A stretch of DNA of 64,000 nt from Ascidiella aspersa (Eukaryota). Location of the stretch: positions 28,520,001-28,584,000 of the forward strand of contig OZ004607.1 in the NCBI GenBank assembly GCA_963924565.1, given 5' to 3'. A program made the translations under genes and the position numbers. The first letter of the stretch is position 1, and each line of letters opens with the position of its first letter. This document shows, piece by piece, positions 11,241 to 22,512 of this stretch. A model generated the notes under the pieces. It saw only the letters and a program-made list of their open reading frames with translations. It was not told the origin of the DNA and ran no database searches.

Positions 11241-12239
11241 ACCTATAATGACCAACCTCAATCCGATTTTTGATGCAACAAAATTTCTTTGGTGAAAGAA
11301 GGTAAAAGGAAAACACTTAACAATTCATGTAAAATAAAGGCCTACATGAACACGAGTGGTCTCACATACCGATCCAAATGTCGAACAGTCGATTTTTAAT
11401 GGAGCCGTAGAAAGATCATGCAGTTGAACAAAAATAAATTTTAATAGGGACAATTGAGGCAATGAGCTATTTTATCCATTTTAGTTAGGAAATGTTGCTC
11501 TTTCCATTTACTCTCATCCTATTTGCATCCTATTTTCCTGCTAAAGGGAAAAGCTTTTTCGGTTTCGTTATTAAGGTAGCCTATATTATGTACAAGGGTA
11601 GATCCAGAAGGGAGTTTGACAATTTTCAGTGATTACGTTTGTGACGTAATAACGTACGTTACGAAATATATTAAAATTGAGAATAAGTAATTGGATGCAC
11701 ATTTAACCAAATGTAGGCTAGACCGGCCTAACGCAACGCCGGTGTACAAAAGTCGCGGTTGATAACCACTAATTTAGACAGTTTAAAAAAACGGCGATCA
11801 ATTAGGTATGTCCGATAATATCGGATCAGAGCCGATACCCAGTGTCAAGTAGTAGTATCGGTACAGTCCGATACTAGCCTGTTGGTATCGGTGTTGATTC
11901 GATGCAAAATTATTATAGCAATTTTAGCTATGATTTGCGATCCAAATGAGCAATTTTTATGATGAAAGGTAACTCTTTAGGTTAAAAACTGGTGGTAACT
12001 AAACAATCCTGGGAAGATTACCTTTGTTTGAGTATAGTACACTGTTAGCAAAATTGGGTATTGAATACCCAAAATCATTGGGTACTTTTTTGTCAAACAG
12101 GGTACGCTCGTGGGGATTCCCAATAAATATTTTTGGGTAATTAATACCCAAACACCTTGGGTACCATTGATATTACCTAATTTAAATTGTTGGGTATCAC
12201 ATTATTTTACCTAACTGATATATTGGGTAATATTAGCTT

Positions 12240-12435
12240 TTACCTAATTTAATTTTCTGGGTGCGCTCGTGGGGATTCCCAATAAATATTTTTGGGTATC
12301 AAATTGTTGTACCTAATTTAATTTTCTGGGTGCGCTCGTGGGGATTCCCAATAGATATTTTTGGGTATCAAATTGTTGTACCTGATTTAATTTTCTGGGT
12401 GCGCTCGTGGGGATTCCCAATAAATATTTTTGGGT
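12240..12435. repeat. 69-bp tandem repeat (~3 copies) in the left subterminal region
   Basis: gtgcgctcgtggggattcccaata(a/g)atatttttggg recurs at 12261, 12330 and 12399, with a related copy near 12103. Confidence 0.9.
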
Positions 12436-12715
12436 TGCACATTTTTCCACCCAATTGTTATATTGGGTAATTTTGGCATGTGCCACATTCAAAATACAAG
12501 GCAACTTTTTGGGTGGAAAAACACTTTACCCAATTAAATTGGGTTTAAGTTTTACCACACAAATATACAAAAAGAAAGTGTGTATTTAAAAGAACAGTGC
12601 TGCATTGAAAAGAAAAACATAAAGGAACAAATACTCAAACATAATACTTAAGGAAAAACAGAGAATATGTTTAACAGAACAAGAAAAACACAGAACCTGA
12701 GCAAAACACAATAAA

Positions 12716-15468
12716 TTAAACAGTAATATTTAGTTTCATGGCAAATTCTTTCACCGAATCACTAACACTGCATGGGATGCCTAACCAATATGTCTGTAAA
12801 AACTGGAGCGCTAAATGGACATGAGGACAGTATTCATAATTAAACACAAAATAATATGAAAAAAGTGCAGTATATGCTTGAGTTAGCGTTTTCACTTCAA
12901 TTAGGGGTTCTTTTTCACAAAAAAGGCGAATTTTTTTAATGTTTTCAAGAGTGCCAAACAAGACAATAAATGGCTGGTGTCGGTCGTGAACAGCACTAAT
13001 AATGTCATCTGTAGTAGTGTTTTCCTACAAAAACAAATAATGTCCTAAAATAAATGCAAATAACAAAACTTTGTCTTAGCTAGCCTAATGACTTACCGGG
13101 CACAGATCGATCAGGTAGAGTTCACCGCAGTACTTCTTTTTGGTGTTTGATCGGAGCATATTGCATAAAAGCCACAAGCCGAAAACAATCGTTTGTCCTA
13201 AAATATAAACAAGTTTTTTGGTAAAATTACTGTGATATAATAATAGTAGAGCATTTTAACAATGATTTTTGTATGAAAGTTTTCTTACCAACTGGTAAAT
13301 TCTCCTCCTCATGGTCTAATGGCAACTTTTGTAAAATGCGCATGACCTGTGCAGATGATGCTCTATGTTGTTTGGCATAATTTATAATTGTTTTAAAAAT
13401 GTTCAACTTCAGATAACCATCTTTGTCAAAAGGCCCGACTCTTTTAAACTCTCTAACCAACTGAAAAAAATACATATAAATGAAAAACTGCTACAATTCA
13501 TACAAAAATCATGTGGTTGTAATTTCTAAAAAAGTTTAAACAAAAAAAATGTCTTCGTAATTTCTTTTTGTTATACAAAACATAGTTAAAAAAAGTTTAT
13601 AGGAGAAGACAATTACCTCATTATACATAGACAAAGCCGGCCACTCTTGGCATGCCATTTTTGGGTTTGGATTAGATGAAAAAAAGTTTCTTCTTAAGGC
13701 AAAAGTTTGATCCATCATATCCGAAATTTTCCTTTGATTTCGCATGCTATTTTGTTTTTTAAACTCATCTTGTAAAATCTGCAAAAAAATCAGTGTCGCA
13801 AAACCTTTCCAAGCTTTCATATGAATTTTTACACTGTAACCTTTAAACATTGGCATATCACTGTTAAATGAGAACAAAAACGAACCAAGATCTTTTTTAA
13901 AGCCTGTAGTTCAAATGAAATATTTGTGTGCACTTAGTGTAGCCCAGGGGTGTGCAACATGAGAACCTAATAAAAAATGACACGCAAGCTCAAAAATACA
14001 GCCAATTCTCAAAGAAGGTAAATTTGTTAAACAGCCAATTGTCATTGTTTATTCACAATACAAACAATTCCAGCAATTATGACAACAAACAACTACTTCT
14101 GAATTTCTGATATTTTAACACTATACTGTTTTAATTTTTTGTATAAAAGCACTTTTAATATGAGAAAACAAAATGGTTGCTAAACTTTGGCACGGGTAGA
14201 AATTATTAAGATAAAAATTGCACGCCGAGATGTTTTAGTTGGACACCCCTGTGTAGCCCTACTGGGTTACATGCGCTATGAAAAACATGAATAGCTTAGC
14301 TGAATATATAAATATATATTCACTTACAGACTTACAATACAAAATACAATATAAAATCAAGAGCAAAGTTACTTGTTTGTTTTGGTTCATTAGATCCACA
14401 TCTAACTCCTGCTCATGAGTAATTTTTCTACGTTTTACAACAGATGTTGAAGCTGTTCCGGTTGTGTTGTTTTTTGTTCGTTTAGAAGGGGTTGTATATT
14501 TTTTTAGACGCCTCTGTTGTTTGAGTTGTGTGTTAATCTTTTGAGTAATTTTTCGCAAGCAAAATTTCTGAAAAGTAAAAATTATAATTATATGGATATA
14601 CAATGTGTATTTTTAAGTGTTACCTTAGCATCTTCCTCACCAAGTCCGAGAGTTGCCTTTCCAAGCTGAACAAATGAGTTTAAAGCAGATCGCTTTGTTG
14701 ATCTCGTAGGGTATCTTAAAACAAAACATGTAACTGACAAATATTTGGTCAAAAACAAATGACGTTTCAAAGTAAAATTTTATTAATATATATTAATTAC
14801 AACATACCTATGAAATGTCCAACCAATATTTTTACCTTTCATATGTTTTCATGACTCTTTTTAACTCAGAGGTTACCTCTCGCTTTCCTTTTTCCGTCAG
14901 CATACCAGTTCGGATAAGTTCCTTGGCATGGAACCCAAAATCACAAAGTTCTATTGGGAACACCTTGGGTACAGTTTTTGTAATATTAGGAAGATCTTCC
15001 AACTCAGGATTTGATGTGGAACTTTCTAAACTGCTGGAAGTTTCACACAATGAATTTTCCAAACTACTGCTGCTAGAAGTTGATATAGGGTCCGTGTCAG
15101 AATCATCTAGTTTTTCAGAGTTTTTAAGCTCTTGGTAGACTTTTAACAAACACCCCTTAGGAATACTTGGAAATACTTTTAACATCAAGTCAAGCCCATC
15201 TACTGCCTCCAAAGCTTTCCCATCAATTTTGCTGTCTAAAAGTAAACAGAATAGTACAATACACAGTATGAACAAGGATATTTTTACTACTTATAATTAC
15301 ATATTGATCAACCTGATGTTTTAATAATTGCACAAATTGTAAAAACTAAAATAGCGGACATTTTGGCTTACCATAAAAAGCTTGACATAAATTTTATCTT
15401 AATGTATCATCTTCATCATTTAAAGCCAATCTCACAATATCTATGACATCCTCAACACTTAGACTCAT
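12716..15468 (-). pseudogene. Transposon-encoded SAM-domain (SAMD3-like) accessory gene, 8 exons, ~508 codons, one premature stop
   Basis: Frame-consistent GT-AG exons: 15468-15372, 15235-14836, 14714-14624, 14567-14373, 13778-13617, 13460-13289, 13197-13097, 13024-12716. N-terminal SAM-like LSVEDV...IDGKAL...G.LLK. C-terminal QPFIV...ALFSYYFVFNYEY...LQFLQTYWLGI. In-frame TAA at codon 25 (15396-15394). Confidence 0.75.
13945..14251. mobile_element. hAT MITE inside an intron of the transposon SAM gene
   Basis: TIRs caggggtgtgcaac and gttggacacccctg. Direct repeat gtgtagccc overlaps both termini. Internal sequence is closely similar to 58099-58424. Confidence 0.88.
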
Positions 15469-15632
15469 ATTGATTTTTAAACAATAAAAAAACTTGATTT
15501 TTAAACAATAAAAAAACAAAACTAGTACGTATTTCTGTGTAAACAATAATAAGTTGTGCGCCGGGAGAAAACAAAAGCTTGTCGGACTTGATTTTTGCCG
15601 CGCCGATCTCGATCTCTTACCGCGCCTTGCTG

Positions 15633-15651
15633 TGACGTCACGTTTCGCGCC
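15633..15651. promoter_or_regulatory. Adjacent CRE (TGACGTCA) and E2F-like (TTTCGCGC) motifs between the transposon's divergent ORFs
   Basis: tgacgtca at 15633-15640 and tttcgcgc at 15643-15650, in a small CpG-rich patch. Confidence 0.4.
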
Positions 15652-15946
15652 AATTATTTAAATTCAAGTTTTACAACCTTATAAAGGGTTAAACCATAGA
15701 GCACTAATGGTTAAACAAAACATACTGATAAGTAAAATACCGAAAAAACAAATTAAATCAAACAAAGCACTACTTTGGGATACAGAAGCAAATAATTTTC
15801 TGGGTTTTAACGGTTGACTCAAATATTAGTGCAACGCTTGACTGATTTTAACCAGTAAGGTATGTCGTTACAATCATGCCGTTTTTTGCTAAAATATGTA
15901 GCGTCAACAAACAAACAAACTATAGATTTGTTATAACAAATGAACG

Positions 15947-16295
15947 ATGTCCAACCCAAAAAAAATTTTGTTCGAGTGCACGTTTTGTGCAAATTGTTTT
16001 AAAAGCAAAATGGGTTTGAAAAGGCATGTGTTTTCTTTACATTGCCATGACAAAGATTTTGTGCTAATTTGCAATATAGACGGTTGTTCGACACAAGTAA
16101 ATGACAAAATTTCATTGCGACATCACATAAAAAGGTGGCAATGTGAAAAATCCTGGCATATGCCGACTTGTTGGTATAGATACTCATCCAAAGACAGTGC
16201 CTCTCACTCACGAAAATTGTCAAATGAAACACTATTGGGAGACATTACAGATTCTAGCAGTGACTGTGAGACATTCTGTGATGTAACAAGCGTCA
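15947..16295 (+). pseudogene. C2H2 zinc-finger N-terminus, probably of a truncated transposase
   Basis: FECTFCANCFKSKMGLKRHVFSLH and LICNIDGCSTQVNDKISLRHHIK. The ORF runs directly into the right subterminal repeat near 16296, and no catalytic domain is visible. Confidence 0.6.
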
Positions 16296-16720
16296 GAGTC
16301 TTGTTTTATGCAAAGCTGAAACCACTGCTTTTAGGAAGTCAAGAGTACCCAATTTGTTAATTAGGTATTTGTTAACTTTACCCAATTAATCGATTCTTTT
16401 GTATTTAAGTTTACTTGATTTTGCAAATAAACTAAACAAAATGTTTTAAGAATTACTTTTAAGTCTTGTTTATGCAAAGCTGAAACCACTGCTTTAAGGA
16501 AGTCAAGAGTACCCAATTTGTTAATTAGGCATTTGTTAACTTTACCCAATTCACCGATTTTTGTGCATTTAAGTTGACTTGATTGTGTAAATAAACTAAA
16601 CAGAACGTTTAAAGAATTACTTTGGAGTCTTGTTTCATGCAACGCTGAAATCACTGTGTTCGGAAAGTCAAGAGTACCCAATTTGTAAATTAGGTATCTG
16701 TTGCCTTTACCCAATTTACC
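16296..16720. repeat. ~165-bp tandem repeat (~2.5 copies) in the right subterminal region
   Basis: agtcttgttt..tgcaa.gctgaaa.cactg...ggaagtcaagagtacccaatttgt recurs near 16296, 16462 and 16626. Confidence 0.88.
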
Positions 16721-19700
16721 GATTATGGGTACATGCGTTTTGGGTATTAAAGCTCAGACATAATTTTTTTGGGTGGTACGATTACCCAATTCTGAGAAAA
16801 GGAATTGGGTACTTGCAATTAGTACCCAATTTTCCTGTTTTGGGTAGAAACGTACCATGAATATTTGGGTATGAAATCTTATTACCCAAAAAAATAATTT
16901 TCTTCAATTGGGTAGCATGTTTTTTTACCCAAAAAAAAAGGAAATTTCTTATGAAATACGCGCTACCCAATTCTACTTGGGTAGGTTTTAAGGGTACCCA
17001 ATTTTTTTGGCCCTGTTTCGGGGTAAAATGTTGCACTACCCAAAACTTTCTGAATGAAGTACCCAATATTATTAACAGTGTAATGAGTCTAATGACGTCA
17101 TTTGGTATGGGGTCGGATTCGATATGTTTGGAACAAAATATAGGGTATCGATATTGGAACACAATGTCAAGTATCGGCCATTCCTATCATCAATCATTTC
17201 TTGGAATAAAACAACTAGCAAGTGACGCAAAAATAAATAACTTTGCAACTTACAAATCTGGCTTACATGAATAAACAAGTTAATGTTAAAACCGGACTAA
17301 GTATTTCGATTGTTTGTGACAAAAAAGTCACAAAATTTGCACTGGGAAAATTCGCCTTTATTGAGTTATTTCTTATAGACACATTGTTTATACGAAAACG
17401 GTTTGCGAACAGCTAGAAATGACTTTTACCTCGGTTATTTTTACTGATATTAAAGAATTACATTGAATTTCTATCTTTGATGCAAATAAAGTTTAGTGAA
17501 ACACCCAGAAAAACGTATATAATGCATGAGTCAAAACCGCGTTTAAGTATTTGTGTTTTTACATAATCGTCCTATTTTAGCCTACTTTTTGTTAGATAAA
17601 AGGCTGCTTTTCCAAGAAGTCTTTATTCTATTTTATTTTCTCAAAACGTTACAGGAGGGAATGCTACCAGCAGACTACTACTGAACTAGCGATTACGCTA
17701 ACAATGCGAAACACAATTATTATTCGGCTCGCAAGGTACGAAACGTTTTAGTACTTTGCATCACAAACTGTGATATGGGCTGACGAAAGAAGAGATAACT
17801 TTTTTGTTTAATTTTTATTGATTCTTATAGCTGTGTAATTCTTTATTCTTAAACTTCATAATGTGCAATAGGCTTAGCAGCCCCTTTGACCCTTTTCTTA
17901 GTCAGATCGTTTATTTTGCCTAAAAAAAAGCACGTTTTATTTTCTAAGACACTTCAACCAAAAAAGGACAAATCTTAGAAATAAGCACGATATGTTAACC
18001 CTGGGTATAGGCTATAGGAATAGGCATTGTTAAAGGTGAAACGGAAAATGGACAAACATTTGTTTAAGTTGCACTTTGTGTATTTGAAACTATATTTTTT
18101 AGAATTTCTGGGTCGATTGATAAGAATCACCGTCTCGCGTCCTTAAGCGTAAAACAATAAATTAAAAAAACTAGGTTTGTTTTTAGGCATTAATTTAATT
18201 CCTTAACGTTTTTTTCAAATTGATCTGATCTAGTATTGCAGTAAGATTTTTTTAGCCTAAAGGGTAGGCTGGTAAGAGAACAATACAAAAAGAAAGCTTT
18301 TGTTTTTGTCATAATTTCTTCTTAGCAAAATAATCGGAGCTTGTTTGAATTCTTGGAATGCTTAACGCTTAAAAAAAAACAAATTGTAAAAAAGAATTCG
18401 GAAAAAAGTTCGACCTGATGGTGTGATTTTTGATGGGGTTGCGAAAGTGTGGTGCCTTCCACATATAGCCTAGGCCGATTTCAATTACTGAAAGTTTTTT
18501 TTAAATCATTTTTCATTGCAAACGTTACTTTTTACGCAAACTATACTATCATTCAAAGAGATTTGAAATTTTAATTGGCCAGACCTGGTTCCTGAGGCTT
18601 TTCACAATTTGTATAGTTAACAAGAAAACGGTGTTATTTTGGACAGCCTATATAGCGGCTGACAGTCGTAGGGACTATGCTACACTTATAGCGTATTTAG
18701 TGCTTGTTAAAAGTGTCACGAGCCTTTTTGTATCGCCGGTTGAGTTCTATAACCTTAAGCCAATGTTAATCCGTCTACGGGCAACTTTGATCTTGCAAAA
18801 TAGATGTTTAGGAAATTTAAATATTAGGAAAACCACATAATTCATACTATAGTCCTCTTTCATCGTCATATTTCGCAAAGGACATCAAATAAACCACCTC
18901 GTTAGGTATTTTTCTTCGGTAAAACAAATGAAATTATAACGTTTGGTTTATTCTTGTTTAAATTAGCTAAAAATTGTGTAAAAAGAACGATTAAACTTGT
19001 TAGCGTATTAAGTCAGAACTATAAGGATGTTTGACTAAATTCGACCAGAGCCGCTACCTAATATCAATAATAAGCTAGTATCGGTACTCGTCGGGTTGAA
19101 TAGGAATATAAAATAAGGACGTAAAAGTAACCCAATTGTTTATTAAGGAAAATAGTAGATTTTGGGACACAGCCGTATAACTCTTGTAATCACTTTGTAC
19201 AAACGTCTCTGTTATATAGGATCGTTTTTTAATGCAGGTATCACATTTATACTGTATCTACACCGTGTTCGTTTAGCATCATGTTAGCCTAATTGTTGAC
19301 GATTCGCAATCGAATTTAGGAAAAATTAGGTGTCTATCTGAATTTTTAGATTGTTAAAAGAAATGGAGTTACAACAAATAAATCATGTTATTACAAGCAG
19401 TTACACTCCTATAAGACAAACGTTAAAGCTCCCGAAAAAATGAAAAAAGAAACCTCCTAGTTGCCCCCCAAAATAGCCTACTGTTGGCCAATTTTGTTCG
19501 GAGACTTTTAACAGACCTTTTGGTTCACTAGTAGCTGTTGTTTTCAAAACAATAATGGTGTCACTAGGGGACGTTAATAGTCATATGAAATATCAATAAA
19601 TAAAATATCAATAAATATTGTATAGGATGTATGTGTGGTGTAAAACTGAAGTAGCCTAACGCTCCAAATGAATTTAAAATTGCATTGAGCCAATATTTGA

Positions 19701-21269
19701 GGGTTTGAATAATAAGTGGCGATAGGCAGCTCGGTCTACCCACAAAAGGATTCTAAACGCGTTGGTTTCAAATTATTGAGAGAAGTCAAATATGCTGATT
19801 ACATCGACACTCAAGTTGGGTTGAAACCAAATTTAGAAGAACTATCATAAATCCACACTTCCTGTCAGTTGGTGTGAAAACACAAGCCAAAGCAAAAAAC
19901 CGTCCTTAACTTTTAGGCGTCTTAACTGTTCATGCGATCCCTTAGCTATAACATTCCAATAAATAAAATAATACATTGAAATTATTAATCATTTCGTTTT
20001 CCATTTTCCCTTTGTTTGCAAGGCCACCTGGCTAATAGGCCTACTTTTGTTTTCTTATGAAAAATCCGTGTTTTAGCCCAAGTGTTTTTTTAGAAAGTAG
20101 CCTATGTCTTTAGTCAGCCGCGTTTGTAAATAAAAAGGTCATTCTAACTATAGTAAATGAAGCAGTATAGCTACCAAGTGTAGAATATACTAGGCTACTA
20201 CGTCTTAGCTAACCACCATAAATGGGCTATAGTTGAATAGGGCGCAACTTATATCCGATGTGTGTATGTCCGTCAGAGACCAATTTATCTCAAAATTCTA
20301 AGTTAGTAGGAATATTTTGTAAACCTCATTAGGCCTATTTTTGTTGCAGTTGCAGTCATGTAGCGCGGTACTTACTTGTTACTGAAAAGTAGGTAAATGT
20401 TCTTATCCAATATAAAAAAAACAAACATTATACAAAGTAAATACTAAATCTGTTCTTTTCCCGAGCAAAAAAGGCTTCTTTTGTCTCATGTTATCAAAAA
20501 TAGGTGCGGAGAGCTTCCACTAAACAACCAGACACAAAATACGTACTTTTCAAATAAAACTATTCTTAAGTCTTCCTTTTATTAAGCATGACGTTCAGAA
20601 CCGTCAGATGGTTAGTGTGCCGGTAAACATATTCTTAGTATACACATGTTCTCATTTAGGTCAAAAAAACACAAAACAAAGCAGAGCCGGCCTGTTGCAA
20701 CATTCGTCTGTTATTATGCGACTTCCGTTTGAAAGCAGCTATTGTATACAGGCTGTTTGAGGCGCAAAGTTATCATAAAATTACAATTAGCCTATACACA
20801 ATATCGCTAAACTTTAACTAAATCAAGAACTTGTGTTTACCTTTTATTTTTTACCGCTGCCAACTTTCAGTTTGAGTGGCGGATTAGTCAAATATGTCGT
20901 GACATTACGTATGTAGTTAGTACTATTCTCTTTAAACCTCTGCAACCAACCCATAACTAGTGACGTAAGAATTCTATGACGATAAGACGACAAATCCAAA
21001 TTCTATAGAAATCCATTTACGCCTTCCTAGTTGGTTCTGTTGGAGACGAATATCTCGCAAAACTATTTAGAGTTTTAGACATTTTAAAGTGAGGTGTCAC
21101 ATCAGAATGTGTCTGAAGAATGTTTACACAGCAGTATGGAGCTACATGAAATTAACTCTTACTGGCCCTACGGTGTTATGGAAAGTTCAGTAACAATGTG
21201 AGACGAAGCTCAGTTATTTAAAATGGATGCGCCTAAAATGGTTCTAGGATAAAATAGACATTAGTTAGT

Positions 21270-21570
21270 GCTGGTCTGGATTCTAGATCCGACCACATTT
21301 TCGTCTGGGGGGTTTATATTGCTAGCATTAGTTGGGTTAGTTTGCGGGTTGGCGTTTGGGTTTGGGTGAGTCAAGCAAATTATTAAAAATAATGACTCAC
21401 ACTCACCCAAACACTAACCTACACCCTAATCCAAATATTGTGCTTGCTTTATAATTGTTTCAACGCTGTGGTAGGATTGTAGACCAGCGCCCCCATATTT
21501 CTTTCCCTGCAATTTAAATTTTGACAACTTTTTATTCCTGTAAAATATGTGGTAGGATTCTAGACCAGCG
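21270..21570. repeat. Degenerate inverted-repeat (MITE-like) element
   Basis: gctggtct...atcc.accaca at 21270-21297 is inverted relative to tgtggtaggatt.tagaccagcg at ~21467 and ~21548. Internal gtgagtca/tgactcac and gggtt/aaccc symmetry. Confidence 0.5.
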
Positions 21571-22512
21571 TCCATTATTTTTTCATATGTTAACAGAAAA
21601 ATATTTAAACAAAAATAAGCTTTATTTCCCGTTATTAGAATGTTAACACTGTTATATTTTGCTCAGCAATTAGAAATTGTGTGGTTAAAAGTAATATCAG
21701 ATAGGTATTTTAAAACTGTATTATATATTTGAAAGTGTTAAATTGGTTTAATGTTTTTCATACTTTGTTTATGGAGTTCATAAACAGCTGCAGACTTTAT
21801 TTAGGGATGGGTTAGTTCTAAAAAAAGTTAAGTTTATGGTTTACGGAGGAAAGTGTTCAATTTTTTTTAAACCATTATGATTCAAACTCAATCTATGTAT
21901 TCCTTATAAATTTGCGATGCTTTTAGTATATCTGTAACATTACTACTAAAATGGTTTTAGCATGGAAGGTTAAACCATTGAATATGCATGAAGAGTATAA
22001 TAAAAATATGTGCATGAAGAGTATAATAAAAATTCATAAGCAATACTCAGTCAGCAGACCACAGTTAAAGATAGTTTGCTTTATGTATTTTATACAGGTA
22101 TCCACATACTGTATTTATTCTTGTTCATTTAGCATTGTTGAGGATGACGCAATCAAATTTAGGAAAAGTTAGGTTTCTATCTGAAGGACGTAGTTTAATT
22201 TTTATTACTCAGCAGACCACGGTTAAATATATGGATACCTTACTTCTACAGGGCAGTAGTATCAACTAAATGTATTAATTTGCAGTAGGTAACACATGTT
22301 ATTTTGTATATTGACAATTGGTTTGCAATTCATTTGGTTGATTCATGGGTTTTAGAAGGTTTATTTACAACTTTAAATGCAACTCTGAGGTAAATGATTT
22401 AGTACTTGTAGCCCTGCTTTTTAAACCTTTTCCTTTTTAATGTAAGAATGATTGTTATGTTTATACATTTGTCATACAACATTTAATGTTTATTAACTGC
22501 TCAGTATAAAGA

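Larger units (their letters stand above)
12040..17080. mobile_element. CMC/EnSpm(CACTA)-like DNA transposon, internally deleted, non-autonomous
   Basis: Termini cactgttagcaaaattgggta and tacccaatattattaacagtg (18/21 inverted match), with TA on both sides. Hundreds of bp of subterminal ttgggta/tacccaa motifs. Two divergent ORFs inside. The superfamily call rests on the CACT termini, the short TSD and the subterminal repeats. Confidence 0.82.
11803..17186. mobile_element. Older Ac-like hAT MITE (~340 bp) split by the 12040-17080 insertion
   Basis: Left end taggtatgtccgata versus reverse complement of right end taggaatggccgata (13/15). Flanks cgatcaat/tcatcaat (6/8). gtatcg/ccgata motifs occur in both halves (11803-11905 and 17105-17186). 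Confidence 0.65.

Noticed and set aside
12240-12435. Repeat array resembling CRISPR, and the repetitive ORFs over it
   Set aside because: The units are head-to-tail with no unique spacers, the context is eukaryotic, and they lie in transposon subterminal DNA.
16361-17278. Several 70-126 aa ORFs at the right end of the transposon
   Set aside because: They derive from subterminal repeats and show no transposase motifs.
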